Assembly: GCA_043228905.1 (NCBI GenBank)
Contig: JBHGNT010000011.1
Span: 5,084,001-5,148,000, forward strand
Length of the DNA: 64,000 bases
Reading direction: 5' to 3'
From: Azolla caroliniana
Taxonomy: Eukaryota; Plantae; Polypodiophyta
Part shown: positions 25,923-38,065 of the stretch, in pieces
Position numbering within the stretch: the stretch's first letter is position 1
How the letters are laid out: each line of letters opens with the position of its first letter
Position numbers and translations under genes: made by a program
Notes under the pieces: model-generated
Seen by the model: only the letters and a program-made list of their open reading frames with translations
Told to the model about the DNA's origin: nothing
Databases searched by the model: none

Positions 25923-28900
25923 TTAATCGTCGAGGTAATCGAGGTCAGGATCCTTTTCTTGTCTTTTCTTGAAAATCTTTACTCTTTTTCCCACAATGGG
26001 TACGGCCAACCTTGATCCGTCTAGTTGCGCAAGGTGGTATGTGGCATTATCGTTGGCACTTGTCACCACATACGGCCCGAACCATCTTCTTGCGAACTTC
26101 CTTGTTGTAATGTGTTGATTGTCAAGGGTGCTGTCGTAAACCAAAACCCAATCCCCTTCTTCAATCTTCTTGGGACGAAGTCGATGCGTGTTGTCGAACC
26201 GAACTTTGTTCTTTACTCGGGCTGCCTTCATCATCTTTCGCGCTTTTTCTAAATCTTCAGGTCTTCTTTCAAGTTGCCTTATCCGCGCCGCTAATAACTC
26301 TTCTCGGCTCATCTTGTTCTCCCACGGTATCGCTACCCATGAGGCGATCGTCCTTTCGATGGGCATAATCGGCTTTTGTCCATACATAAGCTCCGTCGGC
26401 ATATACCCTGTCACCAAGCTATGTGTCGTTCTATCGGCCCACAAGGCATAGGGTAATAGTCGTGGCCAATTCCCAACTCGACCGTTGCATGCCCGTACGA
26501 TGGATTTAACGATAGGTCCATGCCCTCGCTCGATCTTCCCATTTGCTTCCGGATTGTAGGCAGTCGTGAGGGAGAGCTTCACGCCTAGTCTTTTGAAGAG
26601 CTCCGTCGCTTCGTGCGCGTCCAACTCCCCTCGGTCGGCCACTATCTTCCCTACACATCCATATCGGCAAACAACATCTTCAAGTAGAAATTTGCAAACG
26701 GCTGAAGTCGTCTTATTTGTCAAGGCTCGTCCTTCCACTTGATTTGTCAAGTCTTCCCTTGCCAGCACTAAGTACTTCATTTGTCCCACTCCCATTGGCA
26801 TCGAGACCAGATCCACCATCCATTTGAAGTGTATGGTGAGTGGGTATGTCGGCTTTAACTCATCACGATGACATATATTTGAATATACTTGGCAAGTTTC
26901 GCATGTGGACACGAAATGGAGTACATCTTTGTACATGCTTGGCCACCAGTACTTATCCTTCAACTTTTCGAACGTCGCCCATGTTCCTCTATGACCTGCC
27001 CAAGCACTCTCGTGGAATTCGGTCATCAACGTCTCTTGCTCTTCTTTCTTTACCACCACTCGACGTGGTATTCCTGTCCTTCTTTTTGGATGTCGCCAAA
27101 GGAATCCTCCCTTCAAGAAGTATCGGTAAGCTTTCTTTCGGATTCATAGGGCCTCCTCCTTTGTCAACGAAGCATTTGCCGTCAATGTTCTTAGGAATCT
27201 ACCGATGAGTAACCACTCTCCTTCGTACTCGTTCTTGTTGAAGGCGTGGAGGGTTTTCATGTCCTGGTCTTCTGCCGACAATCGAGCCATCTTGAAGAAG
27301 TCGAGGGCGACATCTTCATCTTCCGAAACCATGTTACTTTCATTTGAAAATCTTGCCCTTGACAACATGTCAGCCATGGCATTCTTCTTCCCTGCAATGT
27401 GACGGATCTCTGGGTTTAAAGACTTGATGTAGGCGATCCACCTTAGCATAGCAAGATCTGGGGTCGCACATCTCGAGACCATTCCGAGAATTGGGAGACA
27501 ATCTATCTCTATTATCACTTCTGACCCGATCAGGTAATCTTTGTCCGTCTTCACTGCCGACACAATACCCCAAAGTTCCCGCTTGACTTGGGCATATCTT
27601 TGTTGCCGTTCGCTGAGAACCTTTGCTCCGAACCGGACGACATATCGCGCATTATCTTCACCTTCTTGATTGATGACCCACCCGATTCCGGTTGGGCTCG
27701 TATCTACGGTCACGTAAATTGGTTTCCCTTCGGCATAGTCGGCCTTCCTTAGTGCCGGAGCTTCAAGAAGCAGTTTCATTAATCTTCGCATCGCCTCTGT
27801 GTGCTCGTCTCGCCATTCGAACTTTATTCTTTTCTTTAGTAGTCCATATAACGGTTCGGCGACATGAGCGTAGTGAGGAATCCATATATGATAAAACGCG
27901 CACACGCCAAGGAACCTTCGAACCTCCGTTTGGTTTTCGCATTCTTCTTTCATGTCTTGGATTGCGTTCACTTTGGATGGCGAGGGATTCCGGCCGTATG
28001 CTCCACACAAGTGACCTACCACCAAGATCTCCGGTTGCCCGAATGCGGATTTTTCTCCCGAAAATGTCAAATTCGCATCTTCGAGCCTTTGAAGCACCTT
28101 CTCGCAATCTTTCATATGATCCGCAACGAACTTTCTACAACCTTCCTTATCTTTGGATTCATCTTTCTCCTCATCCGAACATCCTTTTATCGGAATATCA
28201 TCCAAGAATGGCATCGTGATGTCCGGAATGCAATCCTTCAAGACTTTATTCATGGCATTCACCATATGAGCCACCGAGTTCGTTGCGCCTTGGGGTAAGG
28301 TACACATCCGCACAAGCCTGATCGGAGTCCTCATGGTTGTAATGTCCCGACTGTAGATCGCCAATTGGAATTGGTCATATCCGAAGTAGAGATCGCCAAT
28401 GGAGTAGATGGACCGGCCCGCAAACGCTTCGGCAAATTCGTCCACGCTCGGACCGATTCCGGCATTTCGAATTGTCACCTTGTTGACGGGTTGAAGATCT
28501 TGGATGAATCGCAATGATCCATTCTTCTTCGGCACCGTGAACCACCCATTGGAATAAGGAGCATTCGACGGTTCTAGAATTCCCATACTCACCTTCTCCT
28601 TTAAGAGCTCGATCAGCTTCGGAAGGTGTGCTCTCGGAACCGGTATCGGTTTCAAATTCCAAGGCACATGAGGCACCGTGAAGATCACCATCGGCTCTAT
28701 AACCTTTGGGTCAGCGCATCCGATTTCTTGTGGGAAGAATGCGAAAGCCTTCCCATGTCTCTCAAGCATATCGTGAAACATTCGCTCCTCTTCAGGGAGA
28801 AGGAAATCCTCCTTTCCAACTCGTAGCTTCCCCTTCGTCTCTTTGGTGAAGACATGACCTATCTTCTTCGGATCTCTTAAGCTTGGATCGTTAGCGACTT

Positions 28901-29372
28901 CCTTCATCTTTTGCCACCTATCTTCCGGTAGCGGAACCGCAACTGGCTTGATCTTCTTATCCACCGTTTTATATTTCGTGTTGATGTCAGCTTCCTTCAT
29001 CGAGATGCCACGATGGTATTCATCGATGATAACGTACATGTTGACGGAGTTAACCGAAATCACGCGTTGGTTGTGAAGATAGCTCAAGTCCACGACGTCC
29101 TCGATTTTGCCGATGGTGTCGTTAAATGAGGCTTCTTCCATAATATGAGTCACAAACTCTCCTTCTTCTATTATGTTCTCTTCTTTCAGCATCTTCTCGA
29201 ATTCTTGTATCCGGCGCTTGTGCTTCTTGTCGGGTAGTACTAGTTTACATGCGCCACTAGGTGTGACACATGTTGCTTCTCCTTGCAATCCACGCACTCT
29301 TCTTTCTTGTGGGGTCTTGTGATTGCTCGAACTATTTGTGCCCCATGCTTCAATAGTCCGCTTTAAAAATCC
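25923..29372 (-). pseudogene. pol: pol of element C (RT, RNase H, integrase) with one nonsense codon
   Basis: ORFs 27144-29297 and 25923-27116 are in frame across a single TGA. Motifs WFTVPKKNGSLRFIQDL, LPQGATNS, PFLDDIPIKG, VTVDTS, H...GH...C..C, YNPEANGKIER and WFGPY. No chromodomain. Confidence 0.92.
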
Positions 29373-31567
29373 GAGGATTCGCCTCCGAGACTATCTCGAT
29401 TCCTTTCATGATTGGCTCGCACCGTTAGGAATTGGATTGATCTTTGGTTGTCAAGACTCTTTATTCGTGCGAAGGCTGCTCCATTATCGAACACTTTGGT
29501 CTCCATCCGAGATGATGTGATATAAGGTTGCCCTAGGATGACAGGATGTGATGCCGATTCTTGTATGAAGAAGTGTTGATCCATCTCCACATCCTCGATC
29601 GTGACTTTGACATTGGGACAAGCTCCGTACAAATCCTCCGTAGACTTTGTTGCCGCGTGAATCTTCCATCTGTGGTTTGTATTGATTGGCCATCTTCCTT
29701 TTTTGTAGAAGTCGGTTGACATGAGGTTGATCTCCGAGCCGTGGTCGATCAAGGCTACCACGGTCTCTTTCTTCTCCCTGATCTTCACCGGCGTCTCCGT
29801 TGTCGCTCGTGCCCAATGAGGTCGAGTGTAGTGGCTGTCCACCATATCTTCATCGATTTCGTCTCTTGCCATCGTTATGGCATTCGTTTTTGCTTTTTGC
29901 GGCTTCTCTTCTTCCTCGTCCGATTGTTGTCTCTTCCTCTTTACAAGGTCCACGATCGTGTCATGGAACTCCTTCTTCGTAATGCCAAGCAATTCCCTCA
30001 AGGACAAAGTTACGTGGCTATCAAGAACTCGTTCTTAGAGAATCTTCTTTAGGTCCGTTGTCTGCTCTATGTCCGACCTTAGCTTATAGGTAGGTATAGT
30101 CCTTGTCCTCCGAGCGGGGTCTTCGACACCAACCTTCACGGGCCGAACCGTTTCTTCAACTCGTATGCTCGACTCCCCTTTTCGGCTTGATTCTCGTTCC
30201 TCCGTTTGTAAAGGTCGACTCGTCTCCGCATCGTCCTTCTTTTTCGCGTTCCTTGTTTCATGTCTTTTTGATGGCCCTTGCTCTTCTATTCTCTTTCTCT
30301 TTTCTTCGACGAACACCTCGTGGTTGTCACTCATCACCTCTGCGAGTATGGTGTTGTCGTCCACCGGATCCGACCACCCGGTTATGCTTTGCACGCTTCG
30401 GTCCGCAAGCTCTACCTCGTTCGATGTGATTTTTCCCTTCTTCTCATATTCGAGAACGGAAGTCCAAAACTTTGCTCCCGCTCTAGCAGCTTCAGTCTTG
30501 TCTTTCCCGACTCTTATTCTGGCCGACGCAGCATAGTGCATCGCATCCACATGAGTCGCATCGGCATCCTCCATAGATCTCTTCATTCCTCCTCTTCCGA
30601 AATTCACCCGTAGGGGTCTTCTAGTCTCGCTTGAGCAGATCATGTTGTCCTCTATGTATACGATATTTTGTCGAATCGCCTCTCGAAGGCTCGCACAATC
30701 CCTTCTCATGTGGTCCATGCTATCGGACCACACGCATCTAAAGGGTTCTTTTCCTTTAGGGCCCTGACGATTCATGTTGGCTAGCGTGACCTTCTCGAAC
30801 TTCTTCGCTAGCTCTTCAATGATGTCGTCATCAATCTTCTTTTCTTCCACGTTACTTTGTCTTGGCGGCTCAGCTACTTTCAGCGGTCTTGCTTTCTCCG
30901 TGGTAGTCGGTCCCGTCAAGTCGGTGTCATCAACCCATTGGCGACGCTTGTCGAGCCTATTGCATGCCCGCTTCACCGCGATCCAGTCCGCTACGAGCCC
31001 ATTTGCTTGGGTATCATCTTCGAGAAGAGTCCCCAACTCCCGTCTATCCTTTATGTCCACGGCCTTCAAGAAGTACAAAGTCTTGTCCTCTTCAAGCAAC
31101 ACTTGGTCCGTGTTGGGGAGACGACTAAACATCTGGTCGAATTCGTCGTACACCCTCGAGACGCTCATCTTCTTATTCTTCTTCTCTATCCACTTCATCA
31201 GGGCATGTCGAGTCATCCTCGTTGAGTCTTCAGTCACGAACTCCGCTAGTATCGTTTTCTCGAACTCGGACCATGTTGTCTTACCTTCTTGAAGCTCGAT
31301 GACGCGTCTTTGGATGTTGTTGGCGACAACTCTCTTGAAGCTTGCGATTTGACGTGCCTCGGACACGTCCCTTTGATTCATCTCCCTTCTATATGCATCA
31401 AGGAACTTCGTAACGTTCCTTCCATCGAATTGGCCCTCGAGCTCTACGACACGATTGACAGCCTTCTCCACGCTCGCATCGTTGTCCCGAGATCTCATCA
31501 TTTGCTCGACGATTAGCATCATCCTTTCAAGCTCTCCCGCTTGGTTGCTTGAGGACGCCATCTCCAA
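29363..31567 (-). pseudogene. gag: gag-protease ORF of element C with one nonsense codon
   Basis: ORFs 30035-31567 and 29363-30007 are in frame across TAA (KKIL*ERVLDS; the paralog in F reads KKVVEERILDS). Zinc-knuckle-like CVWSDSMDHMRRDC and protease ALIDHGSEINLM. Confidence 0.9.
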
Positions 31568-31600
31568 GTATTAATCTCGACTTGATCCTTCCTACCGCCT

Positions 31601-31620
31601 CGTTCACGTTGGGTTCACCA
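31601..31620 (-). promoter_or_regulatory. Primer binding site complementary to tRNA-Trp
   Basis: Minus strand reads TGGTGAACCCAACGTGAA, 8 nt inside the 5' LTR. Plant tRNA-Trp ends ...TTCACGTCGGGTTCACCA. Confidence 0.85.
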
Positions 31621-32664
31621 CTTAATTATGTCGTGAAGATCCGTCACTACGCGCGGATCGTGAGGAGGAACCACCGAGGTTTTGGACTAGAAGTATTTAG
31701 AGTCGGTACAAGGTTTGGCGAGAAAGTACTTAAGATAGATTGGGAAAGAGAGAAGTTGAGATTAAACGATTGAGAAAGATCGATTGAACTTTTTATCTTT
31801 GGATTTAAGAAACAAGTTACACCATCAATTTGATAACGAATTTCTTCTTCTTAATTTCATAATAAAAAAAAACCGTCCTTTTTTTCTCCTCCCCCTTCCT
31901 TCTTTTATAGATGCTCTCATGCATATGATGCATGTGAGGGTACAAGACATGCATAAATTGCATGTTTGTCATTTGGCGCTTATGTGTTACATGTGGTGCA
32001 TGATAACCATGTCACTCATTTTAGCTCTCATGTATGAGAATTTACATGTAAAAGTACAATGATAGAAATATACTTTCAACTAAATAGCATGGCTTAATGG
32101 TAAGCCAATTGACTCCTAACTTGGAGGTGCAAGGTTTGAATCCTTACTTGCCCTCCTTGTATATGTAAATATGTATATATATTTATTTATCTAGTCGCCG
32201 GACGTCGGTTACCGGTGCCGCCGCCGGATGTCGTCGGTTACCGGTGCCTCGCCGGATCACCGGCTCCATCGCCGGTCCGGTTTTGGTTGGCCAAAACCCT
32301 TTACGAGTAGCTAGCCCACCTCCACTCTTAGTTCAAGTTACCTTGAACTCTCTATGCTCCACACATAGACACAAAGATAATATTTTTTGCTCCACCTTAT
32401 ATATGATGAGAGTTGTATTTGTCGTGCCTATGTGGGATATCTCACAATTTTCTCTTTTCCTTTCACAAACTTTATACCCTCATATCTTGACATTTAGTTG
32501 TCCGTTTCTCGTGTAATAAAGTGCATTCGAAACCTCCATCATTTTGTACTTAGATATTAAATCTATTTAAAATGTTATCTTCACAATTATTGTACTATGT
32601 GATTCATACTCGATTTCGTACGTTTTATGGGATTTTCACACTATTGCCGAAAATCTTCACGACA

Positions 32665-33900
32665 ACGCATATATGCATATGTAATGTATGCATGTATGCA
32701 TATGTCAATGTACATGATTCAATGTATATGTGATGTAATATATGCATATGTAATGTATTTATATATGTATGTATTGTAGTTTGTGATGATATATATGTGG
32801 ATGTAATATACAAATGTAACATAAGTATGTGTATGCATGTATGGAATGTATGTATATATGTGTATAGATGTATGTTTGTAAAACTTATAACATCGTTACA
32901 GACATATGTACGTGTATATATATATATATATGGTGATATGTGGAATATGTATGTACATATGTAATGTATATATGTGTGTGCATATATGTATATGTCAATA
33001 TTCATGATTCAATGTGTATGGATGTGTTTGTAATATGTGCATAATATGTATCTACATATATATCTAATGTATGTATATATGTGTATGTGTGTGTGTACGG
33101 ATGTGTATATTTGTACGTATATTTTTGGGATATTTTTCATGTTTAGTATGTATATGGCTCATATATGGATATATGTTTGTAATATGTATGTAATATGCAT
33201 GTATATATATCCGATGTATATGTAAGTATACATATATGATATATCTAATGTGTGTGTATGTACATATGTATATATATAAATTCGTAATATATCTATGCAT
33301 GTATCTATATATTTATACATGTAATTTATGTATGTATCTGTATGTAAATTTGTATATTGTGTAATAACTATGGTTATATCATATATGATACGCAATATCT
33401 ATTTTATTTATGTGTGTGTGTGTGTGTGTGTGCATGTATGTACATATATATATGTAACTTGTTTGTATGTATGTATGAAGATTTGTATACATATAATAAG
33501 TAATATTAGGTATTAATTTTATGCATGTGTATGTGTATACATATATATAATATGTAATTTATTTTTTTGTGTTTGGAATATATATATGTATGCATTTGTA
33601 TAAAATTGTGTGTATAACAATATATGTGTGTAATATGTAATATATAAAATATGTTTGTAAGAATGTGTAATGTATATATGTAATATGTCATTTTTATGTA
33701 TGTATTATGTATATATGTATGTAGTATGTAATGTATGTACGTATGTGTATGTACATATTTACATATGGTAAGATATATTTGTACATATATTTATGTTTAG
33801 TCAAAATACATGTATAAATGGGTGCAATGTATGTATATACATATTCACGGATGTAATGTTTGAATGTAACATATATGCATGTATAATATATTCTTTACTA
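32665..33900. repeat. Long degenerate (TA/TG)n low-complexity tract; its left part (24592-24680) is split off by element C
   Basis: Near-continuous TATG/TGTA/TATA words. Confidence 0.9.
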
Positions 33901-34099
33901 TCTCATTGAAATATCTAATATTTCATGGGCTTATATAATTGATTTTTTAGAGCATTATTGATAATACCCTTATGTAAATATATTTTCAAAATATTTATTA
34001 ATACCCTTATATATATACATTCTTTATCTCAACGACTAATTTAAACCCCTTTTGATGAACTCATGTGCTATCATACAAGTTTTGACAGTGAAGCCCCCG

Positions 34100-36260
34100 A
34101 GGTACCGGATGAGAAGAGTTGGAAGCTGGATCCAAAATCGGAGAGGTGCATACTCGTCGGCTACTCGCATGAACAGAAAGGGTATAAGTGTTATAACCCC
34201 CGGACTAAACAAGTATGAGTGAGTCGAGATGTCGAGTTTGATGAGTTGGCATCATGGTACTCCCTACCGACTCCAACTCCCGACGAAGACCCGATTCCAG
34301 AGGGATGAGGCTAGTGAACCCAGAGAGGTTCAAAAAGAACATCAAGGTGTTGGCACTCTAGATGAGAGTTCGATCTCATTCCAACTAACTGGGCCGTATG
34401 AGCGGTTGAGTCGGGATGATCAGTCCGATGAAGAACTGGCAAGTAGTGGATACTCTGCCATGCTCTCTCCATGCAAGGAACCGAGGAGACGGTTCACGCG
34501 CAAAGAGAAGGGGAAGAAGAAGATGCCAGAATACGATAACGGTAGTGAAGGGTCAGATCGGAGCGAATCTAACCCTGGAAAAGAAGAAGGCGGATCTTCA
34601 GAAAGGAAGTTCGAACCGACCAAGAAGGGCCTCACACCGGCTACAAAAAGTTACGCCGCTCAATTTGCCAGAAAAACCCCATTCGGAGGTACGGATACAA
34701 TGAGTACATGGTGCATCACTATGCGTACATGACCAAGGTGGCGGAAGTGCGTGAGCCGGAGAGCTACGCAAAAGCAACAAAAGACGGAAATTGGCGTGCT
34801 GTTATGGAGGAAGAAATGCGAGCACTTGATTCCAATGACACATGGGATGTAGTTGACCCTCCCTGACAGTGTAAACTGATCGGTTGCAAATGGGTATATA
34901 TGGTGAAGTACAATGCCGACGGTTCGGTCAACCGGTACAAGGCCCGGTTAGTGGCAAAGGGATACACACAGACCCACGGAATCGACTACGACGAGACCTT
35001 CGCTCCGGTAGTGAAGATGACGACGGTTCGTGTGGTATTGGCTGTTGCTGCCACAAGGGGATTCACCAAATGGACGTGAAGAATGTGTTTCTTCAAGGTG
35101 ACCTTGAAGAACGGGTCTATATGATCCAACCCCCTAGATTCCAATTGGAGATGAACAAGTCGGCAGTATGCCGACTCAAGAAGTTGCTTTACAGTCTGAA
35201 GCAAGCCCCCCGAGCTTGGAATGCAAAGATCATGCACTAGTTGTGTAAGGTGGGGTTTGCGACCTCAAAGTTCGACTTGTCACTATTCATTCGGAAACGT
35301 CCAGACGGTCCAGTTTCTATCCTGATATATGTTGATGATTTAGTCATCACCAGACCCAGACTGGATGAAATCGGTAGAGTGAAGTCCCAATTGTCGGAAG
35401 CATTTGAAATGAAGGACCTGGGGAACCTTCATTATTTGCTTGGGATTAAGGTGATCCGGACCCCCGATGGCATATTGCTCTCACAAAGACACTATGTGTT
35501 GAATATGTTGTACAAGTTTGGCATGATGGAATACCAATTGATCTCCACACCCCTGGACCGGAACTTGAAGTTACTTCTTGACTCCAGCCCGGCCTACGAT
35601 GAGAAACAGTTCCGACAATTTGTCAGAAGCCTTATATACTTGACGATCACCCGATCCGACATCAGTTATCCACTCGGGGTGATCAGCCAGTTAATGCAGA
35701 AGCCAACCGTTGAGCACCTTTAGTGTGCGCATCGACTATTGTGATATGTGAGCAGCACGAAGGACCGAGGACTGTTATACCGACATGGTATAGCTGGGAA
35801 GCTCGTTGAATATACCAATGCCGACTGGGCTGGTGATGCATCGGATCGCCGATCCACCTCCGGTTACATGTTTTCTCTTGGTAGCGCGGTTGTTGCATGG
35901 AACAACAAAAAGTAGCCAACAATGGCTCTATCAAGCACTAAGGCTGAGTACCGGGGCGCTACCATTGCCACCTGCGAATCCATCTGGCTTTGGCGACTGC
36001 TGTGAGACCTTTGTATTGAGGTGCCGACCCCGACCCTGATCTATTGCGACAACGTAAGCAACATACAGCTTGCCAAGAACCCTGTATTCCATGCTCAGAC
36101 AAAGCACATAGAGGTGCATTATCACTTTGTCCGTGAGTGGCTCCTGAGCAGTGAAGTTGAACTTCAGTATGTTCATACGGATCGGCAGGTTGCCGACATC
36201 TTCACCAAGCCGCTCAGATCGGACAATTTGCAACACTTTTCCGAAATGTTGGGTCTATGA
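34100..36260 (+). pseudogene. pol: pol remnant of copia B (integrase tail, RT, RNase H)
   Basis: [52 protein letters not shown] and KHIEVHYHFVRE. Has stops and frameshifts. Confidence 0.9.
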
Positions 36261-38065
36261 CATCTCGATGTGCCACACTTGAGAGGAAGAAAGAACCAAG
36301 GGGCGAGATGAACAAAAAATGGAGGCTGAGCCGACCAAAGGAGTCGGCATATCCGAACAAGTCGGAGCAAGCAACAACAACGGCAGAGTCAGAAAAGATA
36401 GAGCCGACCAAAAAAAGGCCAAGACCCGGACGCGGTCCGATGTGGTGAAGGGCCTGAAAAAGGAAGACGAGTTGGAGACTACTAATTCGGACAAGAGCTG
36501 GAACGAGCCGGTTTAACAAATTGGATTCGGAAGATCCGGATCAACTAAAGGCCAAGTGAACGAGAAGGCAACGGAAGTCGACACTGATAAAAGGAACTGA
36601 TGGGTCGACTAGTGTCGGAGTCATAGCAGCGAAGGAGCTAAGATGGGCATGTTGAGTAGACAAGCCGACCAAGGAGGTCGAGGAGCACAGAACCGGACGG
36701 GTCACGGGAAGAGGAACCAGACCGGAGGGGGAGTGCGAGCGAGGCGGGAGGACGCCAAAAGGAGTCGAATGGAAGAACCGGCTAACATAGAAACTGACAC
36801 AATGATCCGACCTCAAGTTAAGCTTGAGGGGGAGTGTTGAGAGAGCAAGCTGAACGAGATCTGGAACGGAGAACCGGATCGGTGTCCGGATGATATGCGG
36901 AACCATGAGCTCGATCGGAGAGCCGGATCGGATCGAAACTGGTAGGCCGTTAGAGGCCTACAGATCCAGCCTAGTATGTAGGCATATTTTTGGGAGTCAG
37001 TGTCAGTCGCTCGTATGAGCATTGAAGTACCAGTCAGTACTTCTGTCAGTCCTTTATGGACTTGGATAAAAGTGATCTCAGAGCACATTCTATGTAGAGA
37101 GAGGATTATTATTTTTTGAATTGAGTTTTACGTTCTGCTCTCTCTCTATCTCTATCTCTCCCGTGTATGCTAAATACTCTCAAGCTTCCATTGAACCTGT
37201 GTCTTTTATTCTCTGTTGCTACCTGGCTAAACCGGTTTTGTCAAGCTTCCACACGCTAACTTTCAAATCAACAAACTCCCTCGTAAAAGGAAAACTCTTT
37301 CTTACTATAATTGTATGGGGTTATCTCCCCCATGAACCTAGATTAAAATTTTAATCTAAAGTTATGATTAAAAGTTATTCGGCATGTAGCGAAGTCGGCA
37401 GAGATATAGTTGGTATCTAGCCTGATTTGGCTAGTCATCCGGATCGGCTTGTCCGAATCGGTCGGATCTTCGACTTACCTTTTGCTCCTTGTTAGGCTTT
37501 CTTTTGCTCGATCGTTTGTTGTAGTCCCATCTTTGTCCTTAATGCTTTTAAGCGTTGATTTGGGAGTGGCTTCATCAGGCAATTAGCAATGTTCACCTCG
37601 GTGTCAGACTAGGAGAGTCAGAGAGTCTTTGTCCTCTGATTTTCCTCATGCCTAATATATGTCGGGTTTGTCCAAGTTCCTTCATCGCAAACTTGTCGTG
37701 AAAGCTCCCCTTTAGCTTTCCGATTTCAATTTGATTACTCCATGCAATCAACATGTCATCGACATAAAGGATCAGATAGATCTGGGACTCATCAACCAAT
37801 TGCCGAACATATAGACATGGGTCAGAGTTGGATCAACGGTATCCAAGCTACCTAATGTAGGAGTGGAACTTCTGGTACAACATCCTCAGTGCTTGTTTTA
37901 GCTCATAGTGGCTTTTCTTCAATTGACATATGAGGTGAGCGTTCTCCCCCATCGATGTGAAGCCTGCCCGTTGAGACATGTAGATGTCCTCTTGTAGATC
38001 TCTGTGTAAGAACGTCGTCTTTACGTCCATTTGCTCGAGCTCTAGGTCTTTTGTCGCCACGACCC

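Larger units (their letters stand above)
24681..32664 (-). mobile_element. Near-intact Ty3/gypsy element C (non-chromovirus, tRNA-Trp PBS)
   Basis: LTRs 24681-25805 and 31629-32664 (TGTCGTGAAG...CTTCACGACA), highly similar. 4-bp TSD ACGC (24677-24680 / 32665-32668). PPT next to 25806. Domain order gag-PR-RT-RH-INT. Confidence 0.95.
24237..37267 (+). mobile_element. Ty1/copia element B with two LTRs; gag-integrase region lost
   Basis: 5' LTR 24237-~24591 (truncated) matches 3' LTR 36835-37267. PPT GAGGGGGAG precedes the 3' LTR. Probable TSD CCAAC (24232-24236) / TCAAC (37268-37272). Confidence 0.8.
23926..38065 (-). mobile_element. Ty1/copia element J (family of element A), split by element B
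   Basis: LTR 23926-24236 is the reverse complement of the element A LTR type. The LTR start, PPT and 3' UTR resume at 37268-37360. RT remnants QMDVKTTFLH and LILYVDDMLI lie at 37593-38060. Confidence 0.8.

Noticed and set aside
27144-30037. Programmed readthrough at the TAA (30035) and TGA (27144) of element C
   Set aside because: Paralogs F and G have sense codons at the equivalent positions.
32625-33691. Tyr/Ile/Met/His-rich ORFs
   Set aside because: They are translation artefacts of the TA/TG low-complexity tract.
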